Source: Alkanindiges sp. WGS2144 (GTDB lineage: Bacteria; Pseudomonadota; Gammaproteobacteria; Pseudomonadales; Moraxellaceae). Taken from it: 32,000 nucleotides of DNA. The stretch lies in NCBI RefSeq assembly GCF_043950625.1, contig NZ_CP171007.1. One strand, written 5' to 3'. The notes under the pieces are model-generated. The model searched no databases and was not told where the DNA came from. It was given only the letters and a program-made list of their open reading frames with translations. Below, in pieces: positions 21,089-30,834 of this stretch; within the stretch, counting starts at the first letter, position 1; each line of letters opens with the position of its first letter. Made by a program: the position numbers and the translations under genes.

Positions 21089-22204
21089 ATGATACTGAGT
21101 TTACGCATGTCCAGATTAATGTCCCATCCAGTCAGTCATATGCCAAAATCTCGCCTAACCAATGCCTATGATAGGCTGTTCAATAAAATACGATTAGTCC
21201 AGTCGGGTAAAACACCTTACCAGCACATTTTTCAGAACGGTTTAGCCAGTTTGCGCTATTACCCAGCATTCGCAGGAGCAGCAACTCAGCATCGTGTACC
21301 CCTGGTATTTGTGGCGCCTCTAGCCGTCAATATGAATATTTACGACCTATTCTCCGAGCGCTCACTGGTGCGTTATTTTTCAGAGAAAGGGTTTAATGTT
21401 TATTTGATTGACTGGGGCACGCCCACCCGTCAGCACGCTGCGCTCAATTTTGAACATTATGTGCTAGATATGATGCCAAAACTGCTTGCACAAGTACGCC
21501 AGCATAGCGGCCAGCAACAGCTTAGTTTGCATGGCTGGAGTATGGCCGGTGTGTTTACCCTACTGTATGCCGCAGCAAGCCGTGACGTGGATATTAAAAA
21601 CATCATTATTCTGGGCACACCTATTGACGCCTATACATCTGGTGGGATTGGCCGTTTATATAAAACGCTGGGTCACAGCTTTAGATGGCTACAAAAAACC
21701 ACGGGTCTGCATCCACGCCAGATTCCTGTTACGCTATTGCATTCACCGGGCTGGAGCAATGCGCTGGGCTTTAAATTGCTTGATCCAGTCGGCACGCTCA
21801 AAGGTCATATTAACCTGCTCAAGCAGCTGGATAACCGTAAAGCTGTAGAAGCTCACGCCACGCTGGGCGCTTTTTTAAACCATATGGTGGATTATCCGGG
21901 TGGCATTAATCGCGACATGCTGCTAAAAGTATGGATGGAAAATAGCTTAAGCCGTGGCGAATTTCCGATTGGGGGTAAAACCGTTTACCTCAAGAATATT
22001 CAGGCTTCGCTTCTGGCTGGCGCCGGCCTGAATGATGGCATGGTGACGGTAGAAGCTGTACAGCCTTTAACCCGGCTAGTTGGCAGTGATGATACAGATT
22101 TTGCTACCATTCCTGGCGGTCATGTTGGCCTAATGGGTAGCCAGCAGGCGGCCACCGAATTCTGGCCGTATATGGCAAGCTGGCTAGCAGCGCGTTCAGA
22201 TTAA
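21089..22204 (+). CDS. Alpha/beta hydrolase related to PHA synthase (PhaC-like) but with a Ser nucleophile
   Basis: IDWGTP, nucleophile elbow HGWSMAG, and a C-terminal IPGGHVGLMGS histidine motif. The start is uncertain: no Shine-Dalgarno sequence at 21089, with alternative ATGs at 21107 and 21119. Confidence 0.65.
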   Translation: MILSLRMSRLMSHPVSHMPKSRLTNAYDRLFNKIRLVQSGKTPYQHIFQNGLASLRYYPAFAGAATQHRVPLVFVAPLAVNMNIYDLFSERSLVRYFSEKGFNVYLIDWGTPTRQHAALNFEHYVLDMMPKLLAQVRQHSGQQQLSLHGWSMAGVFTLLYAAASRDVDIKNIIILGTPIDAYTSGGIGRLYKTLGHSFRWLQKTTGLHPRQIPVTLLHSPGWSNALGFKLLDPVGTLKGHINLLKQLDNRKAVEAHATLGAFLNHMVDYPGGINRDMLLKVWMENSLSRGEFPIGGKTVYLKNIQASLLAGAGLNDGMVTVEAVQPLTRLVGSDDTDFATIPGGHVGLMGSQQAATEFWPYMASWLAARSD

Positions 22205-22222
22205 TATATCCTGAGATAATAT

Positions 22223-23122
22223 ATGACCATACAATCCGTTGCTTTTATTGGTTTGGGTGCCATGGGCTGGCGTATGGCAGCGCATTTGCCCAAGGATTTT
22301 CACGATGTACGGGTATGGAACCGTACCTTTGATAAAGCTGAACAGCATGCGGCTTCGTTTGGCACACGTGCGGCAGGCATTGAAGAAGCGGTGCAAGCAG
22401 ATGTGATTTTTTCATGCCTGCCAACCAGTGCAGACGTTGAGGCTTTGATTACCACGCACCCGCCTAAACCCGGCAGCATCTGGGTAGACTGTACCAGCGG
22501 TGAACCAGCCGCCGCAGTACACTTAAGCAAGCTTCTAGCCAGCTATGATGTAGCATTTTTAGATGCGCCGGTGTCTGGTCAGACCATCGGCGCAGAAAAC
22601 GGAACCTTGACTGTCATGGTCGGTGGCGATGCAGACGCTTTAGAGCGTGCCCGTCCAGCGCTTGATCCATTTTCTGGCTTGATTGTTTATGTGGGCAAAA
22701 GTGGCTCCGGTTTTGCCGTAAAAGCCATCAATAATATGCTGTTGGCCGTCAATTTATGGGCTGCCAGCGAAGGCTTTAGTACGCTTAAAGCCTACGGTGT
22801 TGATCTAAATGGTGCGCTGGCTTGTATTAATGCCTCCAGTGGTAAAAGTAATGCCACCGAAACCGTTTTACCGCAGCGTGTGTTTAACCGTAGCTTTCCA
22901 AATACATTTGCCTTAAATCTATTGGCTAAGGACACGGGTATTGCATTGGATTTAGTACAGCAGGCCAAACTGCCCGCCCCTGTGCTGGCATTAACCCAAA
23001 GCCTGATCCGGGCAGCCAGTGATACCGCACCAGTTGACAGTGATTTTTCTGCGGCGGTTAAGCTGCTTGAAAGCTGGACTAAACTTGAGCTAAATACTTT
23101 GCCTCAAGACAATAATGCATAA
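22223..23122 (+). CDS. NAD(P)-dependent beta-hydroxyacid dehydrogenase family oxidoreductase (3-hydroxyisobutyrate dehydrogenase-like)
   Basis: N-terminal Rossmann motif VAFIGLGAMGWRMA, DAPVSGQ, and the AVKAINN helix pattern typical of the family. Confidence 0.8.
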   Translation: MTIQSVAFIGLGAMGWRMAAHLPKDFHDVRVWNRTFDKAEQHAASFGTRAAGIEEAVQADVIFSCLPTSADVEALITTHPPKPGSIWVDCTSGEPAAAVHLSKLLASYDVAFLDAPVSGQTIGAENGTLTVMVGGDADALERARPALDPFSGLIVYVGKSGSGFAVKAINNMLLAVNLWAASEGFSTLKAYGVDLNGALACINASSGKSNATETVLPQRVFNRSFPNTFALNLLAKDTGIALDLVQQAKLPAPVLALTQSLIRAASDTAPVDSDFSAAVKLLESWTKLELNTLPQDNNA

Positions 23123-23159
23123 CGGCTAACCCGGTTTTGCATCAATAAGGAGAACAAAC

Positions 23160-23576
23160 ATGGCTTATGATGAGCAAAATATTTTTGCCAAAATATTGCG
23201 CGGTGAAATCCCCTGCACCAAAGTGTATGAGGACGATAAAACTTTGGCTTTTATGGATATCATGCCGCAAGCTGAAGGGCATACTTTAGTCATCCCCAAA
23301 GAGCCCGCCGAAACTCTAATGGATTTATCACCAGAAAGTGCTGCTTATACTATTAATATTGTGCAAAAGGTAGGTAAAGCCATTCAAAAGGCGCTAGGTG
23401 CGGAAGGCATTGTGCTGATGCAACTCAATGGCAGCAAAGCCGGACAAACCGTGCCGCATATCCATTTTCACTTAATTCCCTCATCCATCCATGAGCTGGG
23501 CAAACACGCCAGCCAAATGGGCGATCAGGAGAAAATTAAGCAGCTGGCGGAAAAGATTAAGGCTGAGCTAGCTTAA
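23160..23576 (+). CDS. HIT family protein (histidine triad nucleotide-binding)
   Basis: IFAKILRGEIPCTKVYEDD start and the histidine triad HIHFHLIP. AAGGAG Shine-Dalgarno sequence upstream. Confidence 0.9.
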   Translation: MAYDEQNIFAKILRGEIPCTKVYEDDKTLAFMDIMPQAEGHTLVIPKEPAETLMDLSPESAAYTINIVQKVGKAIQKALGAEGIVLMQLNGSKAGQTVPHIHFHLIPSSIHELGKHASQMGDQEKIKQLAEKIKAELA

Positions 23577-23592
23577 TTCGTCAGCCCAGACA

Positions 23593-23630
23593 GCCGTCCA
23601 GTTTTTGAAGCTAATAAAAAACTGGGCGGC
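23593..23630. terminator. Bidirectional Rho-independent terminator between the HIT gene and the convergent membrane-protein gene
   Basis: gccgtccagttttt-gaagctaata-aaaaactgggcggc. A GC-rich stem flanked by complementary A and T tracts gives a U-tract on both strands. Confidence 0.7.
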
Positions 23631-23667
23631 TTGTTTCAATACTTACTACGAAAAATTGATACTGCCT

Positions 23668-24447
23668 TTATATGCCTTTTTGCAAAGCACGAGTATTCAC
23701 AGCTTTATAACCAATTTTAATCAAACCCTGCAAAGCCAGAGCTGCAACTATTGCCACCATTAAAGTTACCCAGAAATTCCACACCGGCCAGCCATAAGCC
23801 AGCACCAAAAAGAACAAACTAAACGAGTAAAAGCCCTGCACCATGCCATAATATAGCTGGGCAACCGCCATTGCACCCTGCCGCATATGAGTAAACACCG
23901 CCAGTATAGAACCAATAATAGGAAAAGCTGCCAGAACCCCGCTCCATTGCCCACCCAGCCAAAAGGCCATCTGGCTAACCAGTATCGTTAAGGTAGCACC
24001 GGCAAACATTCTTCCCGGCAAATCCTTTAGGCTGGTTGCAACCAGCGCCTGAGCGGTGTGGGGTGGTAATAATTTGGGCGTCACTAACAAGGCTGCCAGT
24101 GCAATCAGTACTGACAGCCCAGCGTTCATAGAAAAATAAACCAATAAACTCGCTAGCAAAAACCAGACCAGCAACGCACTGAATAACGCCAGCGGCCAGC
24201 GCCAGTACATACTTGCCCAGGCATAAGCTATTCCAAACCCCAGCAAAGCAGCCACGGCGGCAATAGCAGCTATTGCCGCGCTAACGCCAAACTCTGTACC
24301 CTGCTCAAGCGCCAATATCACCATAATGGGTCCGGCAACTACCGGTAAGCCCGCAAGCAATCCAGCCAGCTGGGTGCCCCACCTACGGCCTGCCAGCGTC
24401 ACCAGAGCAATAAATAAGGGCACAATGGTCAGTTTTAAGAACAGCAT
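23668..24447 (-). CDS. Polytopic integral membrane protein (about 8 TM segments), unknown function
   Basis: 259 aa, almost entirely hydrophobic Ala/Leu/Gly-rich segments. It starts 29 nt downstream of the acetyltransferase gene on the same strand. No family recognised. Confidence 0.6.
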   Translation of the reverse strand: MLFLKLTIVPLFIALVTLAGRRWGTQLAGLLAGLPVVAGPIMVILALEQGTEFGVSAAIAAIAAVAALLGFGIAYAWASMYWRWPLALFSALLVWFLLASLLVYFSMNAGLSVLIALAALLVTPKLLPPHTAQALVATSLKDLPGRMFAGATLTILVSQMAFWLGGQWSGVLAAFPIIGSILAVFTHMRQGAMAVAQLYYGMVQGFYSFSLFFLVLAYGWPVWNFWVTLMVAIVAALALQGLIKIGYKAVNTRALQKGI

Positions 24448-24476
24448 GAAGGTTCCTGATTTAAAAGTTCGGTTGA

Positions 24477-25097
24477 TTATTTCTTGTTGCGCCGGTCACC
24501 AATAATTCTGGCAGGACTTCCGGCCACAATGGCATAACTGTCTACATTTCGGGTTACCGTACTATCCATACCCACCACGGCAAAATCACCAATACTTACG
24601 CCATCCACTACGCCAACGTTTGCGCCCAGCCAGACATCCTCACCAATATAAATCCCTTGCGAGCTGACCGCCTGCTCATGAATGGTTTGGTTTAGCTTCA
24701 TGCCATGATTAAACGCATACAGATGGCAATAGGCAGCCAGACGGGAATTTTTGGCAACATGAACCCCTTTGCGCCCGCCATCCAGGGTACAATGATGGTT
24801 CACGGCAACTTTTTCACCCAAATTAATGGGGCCATGCAACACACAGTCAGCTGCAACAAAACTGCCATCGCCAATAATAATGTTCCGGTTTGGTTCGGCA
24901 AAGAGCTGTGCTTCTGGTGCAATAAAGCAGTTTTTACCAATCTGGATACTTTCCACCGAACGCAAATAATCCTGATATTCCTGCTGCCAGACCTGCGCCC
25001 ATTCGCGATGCCTGGGCTTTAAGCTAAAATACAGCCACGGCATATAACTTAGGCGTTTTTTGTGTTGCTCGCGGTATTTAAGCAGGGGATCGTTCAT
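24477..25097 (-). CDS. Hexapeptide-repeat (left-handed beta-helix) acyl/acetyltransferase
   Basis: Repeating [LIV]-G-x4 turns: IIIGDGSFVAADCVLHGPINLGEKVAV, IYIGEDVWLGANVGVVDGVSIGDFAVVGMDSTV. An ATG at 25097 is preferred, because the tracked TTG at 25112 lies inside the upstream terminator's U-tract. Confidence 0.8.
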   Translation of the reverse strand: MNDPLLKYREQHKKRLSYMPWLYFSLKPRHREWAQVWQQEYQDYLRSVESIQIGKNCFIAPEAQLFAEPNRNIIIGDGSFVAADCVLHGPINLGEKVAVNHHCTLDGGRKGVHVAKNSRLAAYCHLYAFNHGMKLNQTIHEQAVSSQGIYIGEDVWLGANVGVVDGVSIGDFAVVGMDSTVTRNVDSYAIVAGSPARIIGDRRNKK

Positions 25098-25110
25098 CTT
25101 AATTATCGAC

Positions 25111-25143
25111 AATAAAATAAGGCAGTAAATTGGTTACTGCCTT
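25111..25143 (-). terminator. Rho-independent terminator/attenuator after glnS
   Basis: Minus strand reads AAGGCAGTAA-CCAAT-TTACTGCCTT (perfect 10-bp stem) followed by ATTTTATTG. Confidence 0.65.
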
Positions 25144-25170
25144 TAAACATGCTGACAAATATTAGTGGCA

Positions 25171-26883
25171 TCAGCTCGGCTTATAACTATCACGTAAATC
25201 CAGAATACGATTAAACACTGGCTTATCCTGGCTAAAGTCTTTTTCATCGGCCACAAAATAACCTTCGCGCTCAAACTGGAATCGCTCGCCTGCTGTAGCG
25301 TTTGCCAAGGATGGCTCCAGCACGGCTTGCACCACTTTTACCGATTCTGGATTCAGGTTTTGCATAAAGTCATCGCCACTTTCTGGATCAGCATTGCTAA
25401 ACAGGCGCTCATAAATACGCACCTCAGCCGGGATACCTTCCGCACTATCGACCCAGTGAATCACGCCTTTGACCTTGCGGCCTTCAGGATTTTTGCCCAA
25501 GGTATCCGGGTCAATGCTGCATTTTAGCTCAGCCACATTGCCATTTTTATCCTTGATGACTTCATCACACTTGATCACATAGGCATGGCGTAAACGCACT
25601 TCCCCGCCCGGAATTAAGCGTTTAAAGCCTTTGGGCGGCATTTCGGCAAAATCGTTGTGGTCAATATAAATGGTGGACGACAGCGGAATCTCACGCTCAC
25701 CCATATCCACATTAGGGTGACGCGCATGCTGCAAAGTCAAGCTTTCTGGCAGGTTAGTCAGCGTAACCTTAAGCGGGTTTAAAACGGCCATGGCACGCGG
25801 CGCGGTATTTTCCAGTGATTTACGAATGCAAAAATCCAGCAAGCCCACATCCACCACACCATCCGCTTTGGACACCCCTGTACGCTGGCAAAAGTCTTTT
25901 AAGCCGTCGGCAGTAAAGCCACGACGACGCATACCGGCAATGGTTGGCATACGTGGATCGTCCCAGCCATTGACCACGCCATCATCCACCAGTTTTTTCA
26001 GCTTGCGCTTACTGGTTAGGGTGTAATCTACATTTAAGCGGGAAAACTCAATCTGACGCGGCTTGGCCGGTGTGTTCACCTTGTTAATAGCCCATTCGTA
26101 AAACGGGCGATGATCCTCAAATTCCAGCGTACACAAGGAATGGGTAATCCCCTCAATGGCATCAGATAACGGATGCGCATAATCATACATGGGATAAATG
26201 CACCACTTGTCACCAGTTTGATGATGATGTGCTTTAAGCACCCGGTACAAAATAGGGTCACGCATGTGAATGTTGGGGCTGGCCATATCAATTTTTGCCC
26301 GCAGGACGGCCTCACCTTCATTAAATTCACCAGCACGCATTTTTTCAAATAGCTTTAAGTTTTCTTCTACCGTCTGGTCGCGATACGGTGAATTGGTGCC
26401 CACTTCAGTAAAGCTACCGCGATTGAGTTTAATTTGCTCTGGCGTTTGTAAATCCACATAGGCATCCCCTTGCTGGATCAGTTGCACAGCCCAGTCATAG
26501 AGCTGATCAAAGTAGCTTGAGGCATAGCGAATATCCCCATGCCAGTCAAAACCCAGCCAGTGAATATCATTTTTAATATTATCAACATATTCCTGCTTTT
26601 CAGCAGAGGGATTGGTATCATCCAGACGCAGGTTGCACAGGCCGTTATTTTCCAGCGCCACACCAAAATTCAGGCAAATGGATTTTACATGACCTAAGTG
26701 CAGGTAACCGTTGGGCTCAGGCGGAAAACGTGACACAATCTGGCTGTGTTTGCCGCTAGCCAGATCATCTGCAATAATCTGGCGAATAAAGTCCAAACCG
26801 GCTTGTGGCTGCTGTTCTGGTTGTACTGAAGATGTAGTGTTGGACAAGTCAGGCGTAGCAGTTACCGCATCATTTGGCTTCAT
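25171..26883 (-). CDS. glnS: Glutamine--tRNA ligase
   Basis: Checked codon by codon. [15 protein letters not shown], the class I HIGH variant [14 protein letters not shown], and the KMSKS-position LTSKRKL. The ATG at 26883 is preferred over the tracked GTG at 26892. The N-terminal extension is about 20 aa longer than my recollection of E. coli GlnRS. Confidence 0.96.
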   Translation of the reverse strand: MKPNDAVTATPDLSNTTSSVQPEQQPQAGLDFIRQIIADDLASGKHSQIVSRFPPEPNGYLHLGHVKSICLNFGVALENNGLCNLRLDDTNPSAEKQEYVDNIKNDIHWLGFDWHGDIRYASSYFDQLYDWAVQLIQQGDAYVDLQTPEQIKLNRGSFTEVGTNSPYRDQTVEENLKLFEKMRAGEFNEGEAVLRAKIDMASPNIHMRDPILYRVLKAHHHQTGDKWCIYPMYDYAHPLSDAIEGITHSLCTLEFEDHRPFYEWAINKVNTPAKPRQIEFSRLNVDYTLTSKRKLKKLVDDGVVNGWDDPRMPTIAGMRRRGFTADGLKDFCQRTGVSKADGVVDVGLLDFCIRKSLENTAPRAMAVLNPLKVTLTNLPESLTLQHARHPNVDMGEREIPLSSTIYIDHNDFAEMPPKGFKRLIPGGEVRLRHAYVIKCDEVIKDKNGNVAELKCSIDPDTLGKNPEGRKVKGVIHWVDSAEGIPAEVRIYERLFSNADPESGDDFMQNLNPESVKVVQAVLEPSLANATAGERFQFEREGYFVADEKDFSQDKPVFNRILDLRDSYKPS

Positions 26884-27078
26884 ATGGATCACACAAGTAC
26901 AAGGTTTTAGGTACGAAAATTGAAAAATCTACTCGCAAATCTCGAAAATTTCGTCAAAACTATGGAGTTTTCGTTCAGACGGCAATTTCTACGTTTACTT
27001 GCCTTGCAGTTTACCGTTTGCGTCTGCTTCACTCAACCAATTCAAATGGCTTTTGCCGCACAATCTGGAGTTAACACC

Positions 27079-27588
27079 ATGAGTCACCCACAAGTTGAGC
27101 TAAATACCAGCAAAGGTCGTATTGTGCTGGAACTTTATCCTGACAAAGCGCCTAAAACCGTTGAGAATTTCCTGTCCTACGTTAAAGAAGGCCACTACGA
27201 CGGCGTGATTTTCCACCGCGTTATTGATAATTTCATGATTCAGGGCGGTGGCTTTGATACCAGCTTTAAAGAAAAGCCAACCAAGGACTCCATTGAAAAC
27301 GAAGCGGACAATGGTCTGGCCAATGACGTGGGCACCATTGCCATGGCGCGTACCTCTGCCCCGCATTCTGCCAGCGCCCAGTTTTTTATTAACGTAAAAA
27401 ACAATAGCTTTTTAAACCACTCCAGCAAAACACCACAAGGCTGGGGCTATGCAGTGTTTGGAAAAGTAGTTGACGGCATGGATGTGGTAAACGACATCAA
27501 AAAAGTAAGAACTGGCAACCGGGGTCACCATGGTGATGTGCCAGTAGAAGACATTGTGATTGAATCTGCCAAAGTGATCAGTGAATAA
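27079..27588 (+). CDS. ppiB: Peptidyl-prolyl cis-trans isomerase B (cytoplasmic cyclophilin)
   Basis: [32 protein letters not shown] and [17 protein letters not shown], ending IESAKVISE like PpiB. GGAG lies 8 nt before the ATG at 27079. The ppiB-lpxH order matches E. coli and Pseudomonas. Confidence 0.9.
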   Translation: MSHPQVELNTSKGRIVLELYPDKAPKTVENFLSYVKEGHYDGVIFHRVIDNFMIQGGGFDTSFKEKPTKDSIENEADNGLANDVGTIAMARTSAPHSASAQFFINVKNNSFLNHSSKTPQGWGYAVFGKVVDGMDVVNDIKKVRTGNRGHHGDVPVEDIVIESAKVISE

Positions 27589-27600
27589 GCAGAATCTGCA

Positions 27601-28332
27601 ATGCAGCAACTGTTTATAGCAGATTTACATTTGTCGCCTGAACACCCTCGCCTTGTGCGGGGGTTTTTGGACTTACTGGCGCAGTATCAGGGAAAAATTG
27701 ACCAACTTTATATTCTGGGTGACTGGTTTGAAGCCTGGATTGGTGACGATGATCATTCAGCCTGGCTGGATGAACTGGTGATAGCATTACAGCGGTTTAG
27801 AGCCAGTGGCAGCCAGATTTTTTTTATGCATGGCAACCGCGATTTTGCTCTGGGACAGCCATTCATGAATCGTTTTGCTGGTACACTCATTAAGCCCGAA
27901 CGCATCACTATAAAAAACGCCGAATTAACCATTGCACTGGAACATGGCGATGCGCTATGCACCGATGATATTGGCTATCAACGTTTTAAAAAAATTATAC
28001 GCAACAAATATTTATTAAAGATAATTTTAGCATTGCCGCTACAGACCCGCAGGAAGATTGCCAGTTTTGCCCGCAAAAAAAGCAAAACCAATAGCCCAGC
28101 CAAACCTGCATATATTATGGATGTGAATGAACACGCCGTACAGCAGGTATTAAAGGAACATGACGTACTTATTCATGGTCACACCCATCGCCCAGATATT
28201 CACAACTATAAAAACGGCAAGCAGCGTATTGTGCTGGGGGACTGGCGCGAAAACCTGAGCGATGATGGCGGAGAAGCCATGATTGCCCTGCTTGATCAAC
28301 ATGGCTTGCAATTGATCAACTGGCAATTTTAA
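27601..28332 (+). CDS. lpxH: UDP-2,3-diacylglucosamine diphosphatase
   Basis: Calcineurin-like metallophosphoesterase motifs: FIADLHL, GDWFEAWIGDD, GNRDF, HGD and HGHTHRP. 243 aa. Confidence 0.93.
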   Translation: MQQLFIADLHLSPEHPRLVRGFLDLLAQYQGKIDQLYILGDWFEAWIGDDDHSAWLDELVIALQRFRASGSQIFFMHGNRDFALGQPFMNRFAGTLIKPERITIKNAELTIALEHGDALCTDDIGYQRFKKIIRNKYLLKIILALPLQTRRKIASFARKKSKTNSPAKPAYIMDVNEHAVQQVLKEHDVLIHGHTHRPDIHNYKNGKQRIVLGDWRENLSDDGGEAMIALLDQHGLQLINWQF

Positions 28333-28343
28333 TATCCTAATAA

Positions 28344-28370
28344 AAAACCAGCCTACTCAAGACTGGTTTT
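28344..28370. terminator. Weak hairpin between convergent lpxH and katE
   Basis: aaaaccag-cctactcaaga-ctggtttt. Only four G-C pairs and a large loop. Confidence 0.3.
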
Positions 28371-28397
28371 AAAAAGCAGCTTTTTTAATCTGTTTGC

Positions 28398-30549
28398 TTA
28401 AGCAGGAACCATTTTTGCCAATGGCTCACGCGCCCAAACCCGATGTTTGAGTAGCCCCTGCTTCAACAAATCTTTGACCTCAGCAAAATGGGTACCACTT
28501 GGTGTACCTTCATCTGGTGTTAAACGTAACTGCTCCAAAAGCTGTATATTATCGCCCAGAAGTACCAGCGGCTTTAAATGCTTGTAGGTTTCCATCAAAT
28601 AATGCAGTCCTTCACCATTTTTTTGCATGTTGCTGACATTATCTCCATCAACCACTACCACAGCATCAAACATTACAGACGGCATGCCATCCATGGAAGC
28701 ATCCACTTTAAGCATTTCACCCTGACTGGTTTTTACTGGTGCCGGGCTTGGGCCTACTAGTTTGACCAGCGCTTGCTCAGCAATCGCCCAGGTGATAATC
28801 GCTTCTACAGTATCCGCATTAACCCCATTGGTCACCAGCACGCCGATTTTGCGCGCCTTGATATCCTTAGGCATAATACTCGTCTGGCTTAAGGCTGGTG
28901 ATGGCTCAAGATTAAGCTCGGGCACTTCTACTGTACCTTTTAGCGGAGGATCAATGCCCAGGTTCATGGCTACCCTTTGTGCCAGCTCCAGATCAACATT
29001 AGCCAACATCTCGTTGACTGTGCGCTCACGAATCCACACGCGCTCTACCTTGCCCAGCTCAAAACTAAAGGCATCAATCATATGCTGCTGCTCTGACGCA
29101 CTCAGACTTTTAAAGAACATGCGCGGCTGGGAATAATGATCAGCAAATGAGAGGCTACGTTTACGGATTTTATGCCCATCTATCCGTTCCTAATAACTTT
29201 CAAAGCCGCCTTGTGCTGCCGCTGGCGCTGTTTCGCGGGGCCAGTTGCTATCAATTGAATTGGTGTTGGTAATTGGCGCGCCCCTTATTAATCGTCTGGC
29301 GGTGGAATCCATCACGCTGATGGTTATGCTAAGGACACACCGGACGGTTGATAGGAATTTCATGAAAATTTGGCCCACCCAGACGTAATAGCTGGGTATC
29401 GGTATAGGAAAATAAGCGGCCCTGTAGCAGCGGATCGTTAGAAAAATCAATACCCGGTACAATATGCGCCGGACAAAACGCCACCTGCTCGGTTTCGGCA
29501 AAAAAGTTTTCTGGATTACGATTGAGCACCATTTTACCTAGCGGAATCACGGGTACCAGCTCTTCTGGAATCACCTTGGTCGCATCTAAAATATCAAAAT
29601 CAAATTTGTGTTCGTCTTCCTCTTCAATCACTTGCACACCTAACTCCCATTCTGGATAAAGTCCGGCTTCAATGGTTTCCCAAAGGTCGCGACGGTGGAA
29701 GTCAGGGTCTTTACCAGCCAGTTTTTGCGCTTCATCCCACATTAATGACAGCACACCCTGCATAGGCTTAAAGTGGAACTTGATAAAACGTCCCTTGCCT
29801 TGTGCATTCACAAAGCGGAAAGTATTTACGCCAAAACCTTGCCGGGTACGATAGTTAAGCGCAATGGCACGATCCGACATTTGCCACAGAACATGATGGG
29901 TGGTTTCGGGCGTTAAGGACACAAAATCCCAAAAAGTATCATGGGCGGATTGACCGGTAGGAATTTCATTATGTGGTTCGGGTTTTACCGCATGCACAAT
30001 ATCCGGGAATTTAATGGCATCCTGAATAAAAAATACTGGAATGTCATTACCCACCAAATCAAAGATGCCTTCCTCTGTATAGAATTTCACCGCAAAACCA
30101 CGGGTATCACGTACTGTATCTGAAGTACCACGCGGCCCCTGTACCGGCGAGAAGCGAGCAAATACTGGCGTTTGCTTGCCAGGATCTTGCAGGAAACCAG
30201 CCTTGGTTAGCTCAGCATGATTTTTGTAAGGCTGAAAATAGCCATGCGCGGCAGCACCACGAGCATGCACTACCCGCTCTGGAATACGCTCATGATCAAA
30301 GTGAGTAATTTTTTCACGGAAAATAAAATCCTCCAGCAGCGATGGGCCTCGCTCTCCCGCTGTTAAGGTATTCTGGTCATCTGATATTTTAACACCCTGA
30401 TTAGTGCGTAAGGCCTGATTCGTTGCATCAGCTTTGTGTTGCTCTAGCTGCTCATTTTTTTCTGAGATATTTTGGCGATCAAGCGTTGCCTTACCAGCTA
30501 CTTCAGTTTTAAAAGCATCATTATCGGTTTGCGGGTTTTTGATCATCAT
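28398..30549 (-). pseudogene. katE: Large-subunit (HPII/KatE-type) catalase, disrupted by two in-frame TAG codons and one 1-nt insertion
   Basis: The N-terminal ORF (29329-30603) carries the catalase core ([21 protein letters not shown]) and ends ...[14 protein letters not shown]. The same frame continues HNHQRDGFHRQTINKGRANYQ. Near 29264 the homology moves to the other frame (NSIDSNWPRETAPAAAQGGFESY-TAG). That frame then continues ERIDGHKIRKRSLSFADHYSQPRMFFKS... into the C-terminal domain ORF (28398-29120). Confidence 0.9.
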
Positions 30550-30780
30550 ATGCTCCAGTTCACAAGTTATGCTTTTTGGCGGCCAGGCCATAAAACAGAG
30601 CACCTGTTGGGGTGACTAGCGCCATGAATAAGGTAAATTAAAAACAGCCGCAATATGGAGGTATGCTTCATAACACAACAAAACACGATGCTGCGCTAAC
30701 ATTACAAGATCGTGCTAAAAGATACGCCAGGGAACATTTTTTAATTATTGTGACAGGTAGCAAAGATAAAAATCAGCGAT

Positions 30781-30815
30781 AAAAAACCCCGCAACTATAA
30801 CTTGCGGGTTTTTGG
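30781..30815. terminator. Bidirectional Rho-independent terminator after fba
   Basis: aaaaaa-ccccgcaa-ctataac-ttgcggg-ttttt. A 7-bp GC-rich stem flanked by an A-tract and a T-tract. It lies about 20 nt downstream of the fba TAG on the minus strand. Confidence 0.8.
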
Positions 30816-30834
30816 CAACTTAATGCGCTGATGA

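Noticed and set aside
26920-27078. In-frame 5' extension of ppiB encoding a signal-peptide-like segment ([32 protein letters not shown]|AQ), which would make it a periplasmic PpiA
   Set aside because: No Shine-Dalgarno sequence precedes the TTG at 26920 or the ATG at 26962, whereas the ATG at 27079 has GGAG at good spacing. The mature sequence and C-terminus look like cytoplasmic PpiB, and the ppiB-lpxH synteny fits. N-terminal proteomics would settle it.
29190-29331. Possibility that the two in-frame TAG codons in katE reflect amber recoding or suppression rather than inactivation
   Set aside because: TAG ends ispD, tsaD and fba at their expected C-termini in this same window. The katE segment also carries a 1-nt frameshift between the two TAGs, so read-through alone would not restore the protein.
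29190-29501. Tracked 103-aa ORF between the two catalase ORFs
   Set aside because: It is not an independent gene. Only its last roughly 25 codons (NSIDSNWPRETAPAAAQGGFESY) carry catalase homology, and they form the frame-shifted middle piece of the katE pseudogene.
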